Assembly (NCBI GenBank): GCA_000708835.1
Contig: DF237020.1
Location: forward strand, 1-64,000
DNA: 64,000 nucleotides
Source: Klebsormidium nitens
Taxonomy: Eukaryota; Plantae; Klebsormidiophyceae
Direction of reading: 5' to 3'
The notes under the pieces are model-generated. The model searched no databases, was not told where the DNA came from, and saw nothing but the letters and a program-made list of their open reading frames with translations. The position numbers were made by a program, and so were the translations under genes. Below, one piece after another: positions 34,539 to 47,629 of this stretch. The number at the start of each line of letters is the position of its first letter. Position 1 is the stretch's first letter.

Positions 34539-35894
34539 ACACGGGCACAACCAAATTAATTTGATCATGATTGGTGCCGCCTTGAAGCTTGGGATTTGGG
34601 CTAGCTACGAATTAATGTGGCACCAGGCAGACCGCACGACGCTGGCGGCTGCGCACGCCGCGCCGCATCGGTAACCCTGGGGTCAGGAGTCAGGACACTG
34701 TGAGTGGCTGAGCCTGAAACACATCAGATCCGTCAAGACCAGTACAAACCTAAGTATCTCAACCCGCTTTGGACGGCCGGGCTTGCCTGCCACACTAATG
34801 TGAAGCCGCATACCGTAATCGCAATCGATGCTACAGCCTACAACAACCTAGGATGCCGCCCAGGCCGTAGGATCCTCTACCAGCTGGCCTTCAACCCGGT
34901 AGCTGATCTAGACCAGCAACCGGGTTTTACATTTTAGTGCCGGCCCGTTCCCTGCTAGCTAAGCATGAGTAGCCAGCGGGCGCCCATGCAGAGAAGTAGA
35001 TCTACCGGTTTCCTCAGGTAGATCGCCCCATTTTGTCGTATCCATCCTGGACTTCGGATTGGCTGGAGCTCTCGTTAAGGTTAGGTTCTAGAGAACCGAC
35101 AGATCCTCGCTTATGACTTGTCCAAGGTGCAGGTTAACCCCGTACCTTCCGGATCATGGTGGCCACCTTCTCCCCTCCTCCTCGACCCTTTCACAGAAAC
35201 CACCGCACAGAATGGCAAAGGCGCGTCCATTGGTGTCCTGGGCGGAAGCCAGGCAGCCGGGATCGAGTGCCCCTGTTAACTGCGTCATATAGCCGAGACG
35301 ACCGTGCCCTGAGCCCGATCCCTGCTCGGGCAAATTGCCTCCAGGTGGGCAGTAACCGGATCAACTTGGCAAGATCTGAGGTTAATCAGCTTGGCATCGA
35401 CGGCTCGGTAAACGAAAGAGCATCGGACGGCTGGAATATTACAAAGCCATCCAGTGCCCGCCTTTCCACTGTAAAGGCCCGCTAATCTACGTAACCCGGT
35501 TTAACATGACAGACTTTTTCCACACCGGCGCACGATGATCAAAGCGTCATCTTTAGTTTCGACGCCTAGTTTTCCTTCTGAAAGTCGTGAAAACTTGATG
35601 ATCAAGTTGGCTGAACTACATCACCGGACGCTCTCTGTGAGAGTCTAGTGACAATTAGGCAGTAGATGATCGAATAACATCTGTGCATTGAACGGTAGAT
35701 TCTTACAAACCACTAGGGCCAGCAAAACCAATTAATCCATAGTAGAGCATATTTGGAGGTTTGCGACAATCTGCTGACCTTTTCGGTCTCGTTCTCAAAC
35801 GCAGAGAGCATTGTTCCGCATGAGATACTTCTGCACTGCACGTCCTTTGTTTGAACCATTCTATTCATAGAGAACTCCACGCGGACCACATTCG

Positions 35895-38800
35895 TTATCT
35901 AATGGGCTGCCACGTCCTCCTTAGAAGCTGGTACCGTTGCACCGACTCCCCTTCCGCCTCCTTCAATAAAGTATCCTGGATCTCTACCCTAATCTGGTCA
36001 CTCCCCCCAGTCTCGTTGCCCGGGGGATCCCCCTTTCCCCCGAGCCCTTCTACCAAGAGCTGCAACGGTCGCTCCGCTTGGTCCACTTCGTCGTCGCTCG
36101 AGTAGCCGCGCGCATCGAGCGCCGCGGCCGCGTCGCAATCCTTGCCGAAGCGCACGCGCAGGGGGGCCGACGGCGCGGCCACATAGGTGCAGGGCGCGGC
36201 GGGCGCGTTGTACAGATAGGAGGGGCCCATGTCGGCCTCGCCCTTGCGCCGCTTCTCCATTGAAACCTGGGGCAAAAGAAGAGCGTTAGGAGCACTGTTC
36301 GTGGCCAGTGTTCTCTTTCTGAGTGCAGTGGCCGGAGCTGACAACAGCAGATTGCACGACGAAAGAGGTCGGGCTTGCAGCTTCCTTGTTTTCCGAACCG
36401 TCTTGAACTGGATGCAAAATTTCATCTTTGTTTTCAAAGATCGCACGAAGTATCGGGGTCATATAAGAGTCGCCGAAAGACAGTCTCTTTCATCCTGCGA
36501 CGTGAAGCTTAATCATCCTCCAAAGCAAATTGTTGTCCTTGACCGGTTGGTCGGAGATTGTCTACTCATCCGGCGAGAAATCCAAACGTTCTCTCACCTC
36601 CGCGTTGAAGGCTGCTAAAAGAGAGGCTGGGACAGGTTCCGGCGCATGGTAGTCCGGCACGAAGAGGTACAGCACGCGTCGGATCAACGGAAGCGTCAAA
36701 GGCCCGCACACCTGCCAAGGATGCAAAAAACTCAAGCCCATCAAGCCTTGTCTGAAAACAATCAACCGACTAAAACGAGGCACTCTCCACGGGTTCCAGA
36801 AAAGTGTCACGAGGACGACCGCTTCTTGTAACTTTGTCCTTCGGGACACATGCTTTGCAAGCGGTCGATTTGAAAGTTGAGACTTTGGCACAGCATCTCA
36901 CGAAGAATCGAGGGGTCTTGCCATCCTTGACGCGGCAAAAGAAACAAAAAGCGGGGGACTCAGGACTTGTGTCCCGTGCAAGCATCATGAAAACGCAAAA
37001 ATGATGCGATTGCTCCGAGGCTCACCTCTTTTCTGACGGCCCGGTCCATGAGCATCTCCTTTGGCAGCATCAGCAGGTCCGCAGCGGCGCGCAGGTAAGG
37101 GGACGGTTCCGCTCCGGGAGGTGCTGAGGAGGGCGAAGCGGAGCCGCATTCCGTTCCGTTCAGGAGCTCTCCGCTGAGGAGCTGCGGCAGCCATTCGGAC
37201 CAGGCCTTGATGGCGATCTTGAGCTGGACGCCCCCTGAAGGAGAAAAATGACTTCAAGATGAGACTTCGACTGGTGTAGCTCCATACATTCAAAGACAAG
37301 ATAATCTGGTCTGGAGGATCGTCTTCCTCCCTTGCAATGTCAAGAAGGGAGCGGTGATCCAGGAGTTTTACATGGCGGTCCGAGCTGTCCAAACAAGAGG
37401 AGCTGCCTAGTTTCGACCTGGCCTTGACAAACAAGGAGACGTACGACCAAGCAAGCCCACAATTGCTCCTGCGTAGATTCCGTCTATCTCCCCTTCCTTC
37501 TTTAATCCATTGATACGACTGACCCATTTTACTGCGGTCTGCTCTGAAACAATTGTCGTCGCATGTTTCCAATCGAAGTCGAAGTTCCATAACGCAGCCT
37601 GGCGACAAACGCCTACGTCATATTCGATGCTAGTGCGCGCGCGCTCACCTCCAAACGTGAGCTTTCCCGCGGGGATGGGCAGCGCGCTCGGCTCGGTGAG
37701 GGGATCGCTTATGGGATCCGTGGGCCCGTCGATCTTGGGGTCCCGCAGCAACGCATTGAAGAGGGCGACGTCCAGCCGTGCGATGCAGTGGTCTAATACC
37801 TGTAAGGAAGCGCCCTAAAATCTTCTCAACGGTTCAAGAATCCTGTTTGTCGGACGCAAGGGACTCGGAGGAACAAAAGGGAAACCGTGTAACTTCAAAC
37901 GCCAAAGTGGCATGCTGCATACCGTGACAGAAGAAGATACAAGGACAGCGGTCCATGGTTGGACCGTTCTAAACGCCGCTTCTGAAAGGTAAAATAGGAG
38001 CCCGTCTCAGCTGTTCATGACATGTTTATTGCACCTCGAGCTTGACTTTGATCGCGCCAGGAAAACAAGCCAAACCGACTCCAGTGGATCAAAAGTAGAC
38101 AAAAATTTCCAGGCCAGATGCGTATAGCTTGTCGGAAAAACCTGTTCTAAAGGTACCGCACCCTCTCTTGCGCTGCTCACCTGTTGTGTCAACACGTGTA
38201 GGCAGCCGCACTCGCGCCCCTCCGCGCGCGCGGGACAACACAGTTTCTCCACCTCGAGTAGTACCCCCTTCCACAGCTCAACACACTCCAGTGGACTCTC
38301 CTCGCAACCCTGACCCCCCCGACTCCCTTGCCTTTTCTCCCCACTTACACCGATACCGCTTCCGTTCGCCTTTCCGTTTCCGCTTCCACTGCCGTTTTCG
38401 TGTCCGTTCTCGGTGCGTCCGCTGGGGCTAGCTTCGCCCCCTCCGATCACGCCGTCTTCCGTCGGCGCAGACCTCCTCGTTCGCGAGCTCGCCGGAGTTT
38501 TCACACCGCTCGTGGACGGCGAATCCGACTCGGACACGTCAGCGCTTTCGGACGCTTCACCTGACGACGGACTCGCCGGGCCTTTCGCTTTGTCCAATTT
38601 GCTCCGAAACCCAACAACCTTCCCATTACTCCCGATGATCTGCCCCTTCTTGTCCACCTTCGGGCCCTTGGAAGGAGGGGCCCGGTCCGTCCTCCCGACC
38701 GGCACCTTGCTGACGTCGATCACGAGCTCCGTCTTCTTCAGCGGCGGCGTGCTGACGTCAGCGCCGGTACGGACCTCGGCCTTCCTCCGGTACCCGGGCT

Positions 38801-41800
38801 GCATGGGCGGGTTCATCACGCGCCACCACAGGAGCTGCAGAACCTTTCCGCAAATCCAAGCCTCCGTTTTCTTCAGCGCGTCGCAGTAACCCGCCGCGGT
38901 TTTCCATCCCGATTTGCCTTTGCCCGCGTCCGGAGCGGAACTACCGGCTGAGTCGTCCCCTTTGTTCACGCCGGGTTTCGCGGGCGGGGTGTCTCGGGAT
39001 GGGGCTGCCTTTCCGGAGCTCCGGTTGAGCATCCGCTCCGCTTCGAGGATCTCCGCTGAGACCTTGGGGGCGGGCGCGGCTGCTGACGTCTCCGTTCTGT
39101 GTCCAAAAGGGTTGAGGCGGTGTTAAGCGACTAACCAAAATTGCAACCAATTGTGGAGGCTCTTTGAACGGAGTTCCGAATCAAGCAGCCTTCGCTGTCA
39201 GGACGAACCCGAATGCCCGATACACTGCTCGACGGTCTCCAGATTGGGCAAGCCGTGAAGCATTGAGCAGCAAGGCACGCAGTCAGGAACCGTCTGTAGC
39301 CTGCTCGCATTCTCAGAGAAGCATGTAGGTAATCATCGGTTAGGACATCTACCCCAGGCACACTCCTCACCGTTTCCTCTCCTCTGCAATCCGCATCTCG
39401 ATGTCAAACCCGGCCGCAACCATCTCCCGCAACACAACACAGTTCGACCACCAGTAGACGAGCCTCCCGACGTCGTCCCCGCATGCCCGGGCCGCTAGAA
39501 TCAGTCCCGAGACGCTGTTCCGAGCCGTTCCCGCTGCAATCTCTGGGGGCCAGAGCCCGTTTCCCCGTGCCTGGATGTACGCGCGTGCCAGCCGCCGGGC
39601 CGGGGTGTGCAGCTTGTGTGCGGTTTGCCCGTGGACGGACACAGCGGTGTGAATGGCCACCTCGAGCGCGGCACAGTCCCGGAGCTCCCCCTGGAAAGGA
39701 AAAGGGCCGTACTAGAGGCGGTCAGTCGTCTTTTTCAAGGTTGCAGTGTCATTGAAATGATCTTGACCTTAGTCGGTCACAAGTTTCAAGGATACGATAT
39801 GGTGGCAGAACTATTGGGCCTCGTGTCTGAAGCATTCAACAGTCTTTGATTCGCAGCGCTGTCAACTACTGTGCCTTCGCACCTTTCTCCCTACACACGC
39901 AGCATACGCAAACATACTTTTCCGCCTACAACTGGCTACTCGAAGTACGAAAATAAGCTGATTCTGAGCTGCTTGGGCAATCTCAATGCCGAGATAAGAT
40001 GCAGACCAGCTCAGTACTGGCACGAGCCCTGCTTACCTCTAACCTCAAAACCCGTGACTCAGCTGTTGTCGCTCGCTCTTGCGCCAGCCTGACCTTTTCT
40101 GCGGCATCCAGAACAGCCATTGACATCTGCAGCACAGGCAACACGGACAGGTCAGCCTATGTGTGCCGTGAAAAAACATCCTTCTTATACGTTCTGCTTT
40201 TTGCCGTGCTTATGCTTGGGCATCCTGGAGATTGAATGCTTCTAGGACACCGTGCATCATTGCATGACGTCCTCAAAGTGGTCCCTCTTCTAAGAAGTGT
40301 TTGGAGCGAGCTTTCATGGCTAGGGACTCATCTGCCACTAGGTTCCTAAGTCCGGTAGGGATGCAATCACGAAACGTTGATCTGTACAAGAAAGAGCTTT
40401 GGCCTGCTCGATCACTCACTGACTACGACCTTCTAGCAATTGGCTGATCTCATGCCAGCTGCAAGTTGCGTAACTTACCAAGGCAATTAGAGGATGGGTT
40501 ACCAGCCCTACCTTTGCATTTTCTGTGCCTGGCTTGTTCTTTAACGCAATCGGCTTCCCCTGCGGCATGGCCATACCCGCCTTTCCCACCGCCGCTGATA
40601 CTACTGCCCCATCGCTCACTCCCTCGCCATAATCTGGATGCGGTGGCATCGCGCCCTGCTGCATGGCGGACTTCGAAAGTGCAGCTTTTGCTGAGGCCTC
40701 CGGTAAAGCTTTTGCTTCCTGGCTCGACTTTGCACCTTTTTGCACTTCTGTATTGCTTGAAGCACCTGTCGTCTGACTTCTGGGTGGGGCTTTAGAGGTG
40801 CTTCTATCTGGCGTGCTTGCAGGAATGATAGGGGTGCTCCCATTAGGAGTGCTTGCAGGCTTTGTAGGCGTGCGTATTTCGGGAGTGCGTGCAACGCTGG
40901 CCGTTCGGGACGGGCTTTTTGGCTTGGGTGTTTCCACGGCTTCAAAGTCATCCTCCGTCATGAAGTCCAAATCACTGTCGTCATCTGCATCATCGGCAGC
41001 GCTTCCTTTTCGTTTTCTAACCTCCTCTTCGTCATCTTCTACTTCTTCACCGTCCCCCTCCGCAGTCGCTCTGCTTTCCCGCTGTCCATTTCTAGCTCCA
41101 TTCTGCCTCCCAGGCTGGCTGCTCAGTTCCCCGTCGCTGCCTTCATCTTCGCTTTCCATCAGCGAGTCTATCAAATCTTGGTCAACCGCTTCCGGTGGAG
41201 CGGCCGCTGGCTTGCTCAGCGCCGACTTCGCCTTCTTAAGCTCAGCTTTTGGCTTCTCCTGCCTCAGACTCATCGACTTCTCAAGAACCACTGCCTTCTT
41301 GGCCTTGGCGCTCAAACACGTGACCGTTGCCTCAATGTGGATAGCCTGACCGCCATTTGCCTTCTCAATCTGCTTGTTTACAGCCAGCCGGATCTTCAGA
41401 AACTTCCCCACCGGCATGACATCACTCCCCCCAGCTGCAAATTCCGCGAGGTCCAGCACCCCACGGCCCAGCGGCGGCTCCTTTGGCTGCCCGTCGCTTG
41501 CGGCATCGTGCAGTGTCAAAATGATGGTCTTCTTCTGCCAGATGTGACTGTCCCCGTCAGCACCTCTGCTCGGGCTCTTGTGCGCGGCATGCTCTTTATG
41601 CAATGTGGCAGGTATCTCAAACAGCTCATTGAAGTGAATGGCCCCTGCCGCTGCACCTTCCTCATCGCTGCTGACGTCACCAGGTTCAACAAAGGCCACC
41701 TTGCTGGTGCCTGATCGCTTGTTGTCCCTGTTCCACTTGAGGACCAGCCCCGCCGGCTTGTCTTCCGCTCTGCCCTTGCTTTTCAGCTGCACCCATGGCT

Positions 41801-41870
41801 GCACGCACTGAACCTGGACATTGAAGGTGAAGCGCTCCTCGCCCTTGTGATTCCCAAACAGGAAATCCAT
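35895..41870 (-). CDS. Plant-type NT-C2 (EEIG1/EHBP1 N-terminal C2) domain protein with the conserved C-terminal helical region; 8 exons, 1176 aa
   Basis: Exons: 41870-40512, 40126-40037, 39690-39371, 39096-38181, 37799-37649, 37234-37026, 36711-36598, 36266-35895 (3531 nt, in frame). N-terminal LVLKWNR...IHFNELFEIPATL...LGRGVLDLAEFA. Family motifs ELRDCAALEVAI, KLHTPARRL, ACGDDVGRLVYWWSN, LCCPARAEGRECGCL, ARLDVALFNALLR, PTDPISDP, LPIPAGKLTFG, DLLMLPKEML, RYQLLRRTW. Confidence 0.9.
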
Positions 41871-42956
41871 CTTGGAGGATCAAAAGATCTACCAGAGCTG
41901 GTACCTAAATGCTTATGCTAGCTGCCTTGACGAGACTCTCCACAGTCGATCTGTCAGACAAGGCAGAGCCATTGTCTAATCACTTGCCGTCCACCCTGAG
42001 GTCATTGGTTGGTCCTGAGAAACACTGGTTCTTCTACTTTTTCCTCAGAGAAGTGCTCTACCAAGGACCTGCAGATATAGCTATCTATCTTTCAGGGGTT
42101 TGAATGGAGGGCTATGTACTTGAAAACCTTTCAAGGCTCGCTATATACATATAGCCGCCGGCGCCAGACAGTTGTGCATCGTGCAAGAAAAAGCAAAGGA
42201 GTCGCAAGAAACGTCTTCCCTTGAAAGTGAAAGGGGGGCGCTGATGCCACAAGCAAGAACTTTGTGACAGTGGCTTGCATGCCAGCACAGGTCCGCCCTG
42301 AATACCCAGGTGGCCCTTACCCTTACACATCAGTATACCTAACAGAGTTTGACACCAGATACTGATCAGCTACTGGTCAAAGGAACCGTGTATGACATTG
42401 CCGCGCGCGATGAATGTATCGGACGGGTGAAGACAACGGAGATTTGTCGAAGAAGTCCCATCGACGGTGAGGATCACCGGAGAAAAAGAATCCCTTGCAG
42501 GATCAGGAGATATTGGACGGAGTATAATTTCTGTAACAGTACAGTGTACGTAGGTACATACGCACAGGATCAGATTCAGCCGGCAATGTTGGCGGCGCCT
42601 TTTCCCTTCTTCTTCCTCAAATATTCACACATACATACGTATCTTGCGGCTCTCAGTAAAACATTCACTTTTCTCTGCGTGCGGAGCGTGTGATAGAAGA
42701 GTCACAGATTAGCAGAGGCTAAGGAAGACGGTAGAGAAGCTTCTGCCAGTATACCCCCAGTATAAGCTGTCCCTGATGAATTTGCCACCTTTGCTTCACT
42801 AAATGCTGCTCATCTGATGACACAAACGTACTGCATCAATTCAGTCTGATCGAGTCCGTCTGTCTCAAAAGGTCACGTGCAATTTACCACTGATGCAGTG
42901 CATGTCTTGCTTCAGCCATTCGTTGTTTTCCTACCCTTCTCCCTACTTCAACAAAG

Positions 42957-45900
42957 ATGCAGAGCTCACCTTCATCTTCCCAGAGCTTTGAAGTAAAACT
43001 CAAAATGAAAGCTGACGGTCCGTCAATCAATTACTTGCATAATGGTATGGGCAGTAGTCCCAACAGAGAATCTCCATACCAGGCAGCAGATGCAGCTAGC
43101 CCTAGAGCCATTTGCGTAGGTGAAGGGTTGAGTCCAAGATCCGTAAGAAGCGCTGAAGGTGCCAGTTCACAAGCAGAAGAGGCAATCAGCACATTCACTA
43201 CCGCACTGAAACTCAGTGAAATCAGGACGCGGCGAGCGGTAAACGAACTGGAAGAGTTTCAAAGGGCTCCCTTGACAGTGTATGCAGCCACATGGAATCT
43301 GAACGGAAAGGTATGTCACCTCACATCTTCAAACTTGTGGCTAACAGCTTGATCTTGAGGATCCAAAGAGAGGTAAAGTTTCATTCAGGCGTGGTAATAT
43401 CGTCGAGAAGGTCTTCTCCCTGCAACGTATTGTTAATCTCTCAACCGCGGTCCCTTGTGAGCTTGCTCTGACTCACCTTAAAACCTCTGCAGATGCCTCC
43501 CCACCGTCTACCTGAGCTGCTAGGAATAGGCCCATCAAACACCTTCTGCGACTTGTATGCTATTGGTGTTCAAGAAGCGCCCTCGATTGGCATCGAGCTC
43601 CAAGTCCTTGCAACGCTCGGAGAAGATTACAAGTGAGCCAAGCAAGCCGTGAACAGCAGAATTTGTCCTCCACGGTTTACTTGTCATTGCGAATTACAAT
43701 TCAAGGGAGTTTGCAGCCCCTTCGGATGTTACACAATGGCTGGAAATCATAGCATGCGCATGCTTCGTAAAAATGGACGATCTAAAAAGTGTCCTGCTGA
43801 AAGCTTCCAGGCCACTTGAAAGCTCGTGTAGACCAGGTTGCTGTGAAGTTGGTAAATGTACCCTTTTCCACTTAGTTCGATGCCTTTCGGGCAGATAGAA
43901 CCTTCACTTGTAAGACATACTCATACAAAGTACTCATCGCTTTATCAGACCCTTGTGATGCTTGATCCATCCCATGGATGATTGGATTCAATGCACATAC
44001 CCTTTCTTTCCCTTTTTGCAGGAAGCTCGTTCATGTGTCACTCGCTTCCATCCATCTTACCCTGTTCGTCAAGAAAGAGCTTGCCTCCGAGATGTCTGAC
44101 ATTCACACAGACAGAGTAGCCACTGGCGTGGCTGCTTTCTTTGGAAACAAGGGCGGGGTGGCAGCTGCCTTCACCTACCGAGGCACCACGTTTCTCTTTG
44201 TCACCTGCCATCTCGCAGGTAAGATGTTGAATCAGGCTCACTTATTGTGCGTCGACAGCTGATGCAAACCGTCTGAGTTTCTGGGAGCAGGGAAAGGAGG
44301 TCCTAAAGAGCCGTCCGTTCAGGTTGTTCGTTGTGAAGTCAAACGGGGAGGACGTCCGACGAAAGTCAAGGGCTTTTGAAAGCTTCACGTAAGAACCTGC
44401 TTCGGGGCCTTGTGTTCAAGCAGAGAAAGCAGCGGGGCCTACTTCGAGACCAACTCGACATCACTCTAAACTGAAGACGATTTGCGTGCGCGGTTTGCAG
44501 CGCATCAGGACGCCGTATTGGAGCGGAACGACCAGTTCGGCCGCATCAGCCGGACCCTCTTTGTAAAAGAACGGGACTGGGCAAGAAGGGTCAACCAAGA
44601 ACGGGTCCAATCGAGCAGCCCACGATCCCCCCGAACGGTTCGATCCCCGCCCCCACAAACCGCCCTCTCAAGCCAGCCTGCAGCTTCGCTTTACTCCCCC
44701 GGAACAAGTTCCCCGGGTACTAATCACTCAAGCCACTCCTCTGAATCAGCGACACTATCTGGGGCTGCGACGTACAGAAGCGTTGCATCCCCCTCTCAGC
44801 GAGACTCCCGTTCTGAGCCGCATGCCAATGTTACCGGGAATAGGATGACGGAGATCCAACCGACTGGATTTGAAAGCTCGCCCCTGAGCCCGCACTTTAC
44901 CCCGGGGCAGATCACCGATACTCGAAAAGCTGGTGAGAGAGTAGGGAACTCGAGCGTCGCTGGAGTTCCGCCTGAGCCATCGGTTTCTTCTGAGGCGCTC
45001 CTGAAGCCCCACGTGGCGGACGATTTCGATATCATCGTGTGGAGCGGCGATCTGAACTACCGGGTGGAAGGCAACCGGAGGGTGGCGGATGCTGCTCTCG
45101 AGCAGAACTTGCTGGAGGTACGGAAAAGACATCTCGCGCCTGGTTCATTGGGATTCAATGGTTGGCCCCTTCAGACGAAAGAGATAATCTGCTTCTCACA
45201 CGAGCACAGCTTTACCGTATGTTTTGACCGAGGCAAACCATGCGCTGGTCGCATGCAGATGTAAGATTGGAGTGTGTGCAAGCTGCAATGTCTCGAACCG
45301 TGGCTGACTGCCTCGAACTTCTCCGAACAACAGAGAAATGAGTCCTTCGGCGGAAGACAACCTACCTGAACGGCAGAGAAGTGACGTGAAACACCGCGTG
45401 TTGATCGCAGGTGCTGAGAGCAAATGATCAGCTACTGCGGGAGAAGCAGGCCGGCAACGCCTTCCAAGGATACGAAGAAGGAGACCTCTCTTTCACCCCG
45501 ACCTACAAGTTCGATGATCGGAGCCAGCGATACGACAGCAGTACGAAGGTATTGTCGGCGTCGCTTGCTGCCCTTACTTGACTTAAAAAAGCAGCGCATC
45601 GCTCCAAATGTCCTGATTGCTGTAACGATGACTCGTCTTGATGCCACATTTTGCCTCGGGGTCCGCGCAAGCTTGCAGCTTGGTCATGTTATCCGAGAGA
45701 AAAAACGCAGCGTTGCGCTTCTTTGGGGACTTATATTCAACCCAAACATTTTTGCCGTTGATGCCTATTGCTTTGAGACACCTGTCTGCTCAGACCATCG
45801 GCAGGCTGACGGCCCGCTGTTGGTCTCAAGCGTTCGTTTCCCTACAGGCTCGGATACCATCTTGGACAGACCGAGTATTGTACAGAAGCAGAAACCCAGC

Positions 45901-46123
45901 CCTAGCCGTTGCGAAGCTGGACAGCTACAGAAGCGTTCCCAGTCTGACGACGTCGGACCATCGACCAGTCTGTGCGCGCTTTACCATTGCAACACGGCTA
46001 GGAAGGTCAGATAGCAATGAGTTAGTGAAAGAGAAGAGGTTTGTCGATGCCCAGGAGGTTCTAGAAAGGAAGACCATACGAGATGAGGACATGTCCCTAG
46101 CAAATCGCACGGCGGAGTCGTGA
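42957..46123 (+). CDS. Inositol polyphosphate 5-phosphatase; 6 exons (42957-43310, 43493-43632, 44022-44218, 44501-45117, 45411-45548, 45848-46123), 573 aa; start codon tentative
   Basis: Motifs ATWNLNG, DLYAIGVQE, GNKGGVA, FLFVTCHLAAHQ, WSGDLNYR, DQL, FTPTYKFD, PSWTDRVLY, SDHRPV. Phases are consistent. Confidence 0.93.
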
Positions 46124-47629
46124 ATTGGAAGAGCCCTGTTCGATAGACCTTTCGCTTTGAGAACCATGCACGCGTGACTGTGGCGGGGTTTGTGCAATTT
46201 GTCATAAGATTCTGTCATGGCGTCTACGATTTTGATTGCGTACGTCAAGGGGCGCTTGACAGTGCAACCGGACTTCAAGTCGGCTTATAGTGCCTTACGC
46301 AATCTTGCGGCCCGCTTAGTTGTATTTGGCTCTCCTTAACCACGAGAATGATAGTGTCTGCTGGCGACGTCTGACGTATCCGGCAGGTGTGCCTACTGCG
46401 CTGCGCTTCAACAGTTGTAATTATACGCAGGCCTGTTACAACGTCTACATGATACGCCGGTTACTAGAGCCGCCCACTTCCCATGTACTTTACATGGTCA
46501 GGTATAATGCAACGTTTGAGGATCTTATAGGCAAGGAATTTAATTGCTTGCTTTAGCGTCTGACGATGCAACATGGCAGTTCGATTCAACTTGGCAAGAA
46601 GTACAACCACGTAACGTACACGATGATGCGCATATGGTCGGCGCGCAAGCAGGTACTGCTAGTACAAAGAGACGGTCCATATCAGACAGTCAATATATAG
46701 TATTACATCCACTTTCGAGTCGAGTCGAGTCCAGTCGGAGCAGAATAATAGCCTGCTTAAGTAACTCGAGCATTTATGCTGTGATGCACTTGTCTATCGT
46801 CCGACTATGTGCTAGCCTACTAGCTGTCATGTCATGGATGCAAGTCGGCTTTATTCTTTGCTTGGTTGCAAGATGGGCTTCAAGTCCATGTCTGTCATGA
46901 TACACAAGAACAATCAAGCGGTGCCGTGGAGCAAAGTGGGGTGCATATCAATATGGAAGGTCGACAAATCAGCTAGGAGCTGCACCCGGCACTTTGATAA
47001 GGAGCAAAGAATGGCTGCGGCAGACAAGGAACGGCCAAAGTCACATTCGCAAGATTTTGCACCAGCATAGCGAGCGCACTACTGACAGAAATCTGTTTGT
47101 TGCCTCTTCCCGAGTCCGTTGATTTGAGCAAAAATGGTAACATCGACTTCGCTATGGTAAAACGCCTTTTGAATTGTCAGCCTTCTATAGATAAACCCTG
47201 CAAGCCTCTTCTCAGCACGTTTCATGCAGACATGGCGGGACAAGTTGGGTGCTTTCGCTTAAGCTCACCCCTCAAGCAGCACCTTCTGCCCCTCCCCTCC
47301 CGGCTTTGCTGCTCAACCCCACATGACCGGGGCCACTGTTGCTTTCCCATCACAACCTTTCACTTCAATACTCTCCCCCATCAACAATCGTCTTGCGCAA
47401 TTGTCTATGCTGTAATCTCTAACACCCAGCCACCGACCTGTTCTGCCTGCCTTTGCAAACTCCTCTACACCACTAGATTGAGTTGCCCTTCGCTTCTCAA
47501 CATCATGCTCCCAGCAAGGGCCGACTTCCATTACAACTGACGCGCCCCTAATTCTCCCTGTGCCCCACTAGTCAACATCCTGCGCCCCAGCATCTTCCGC
47601 CTGCTTTTCCCAGCAAGTACAAATGACCC

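Noticed and set aside
34820-34860. DATAYNNLG, a TPR-like peptide in a 77-aa ORF
   Set aside because: A single short match with no second helix or exon structure; likely chance.
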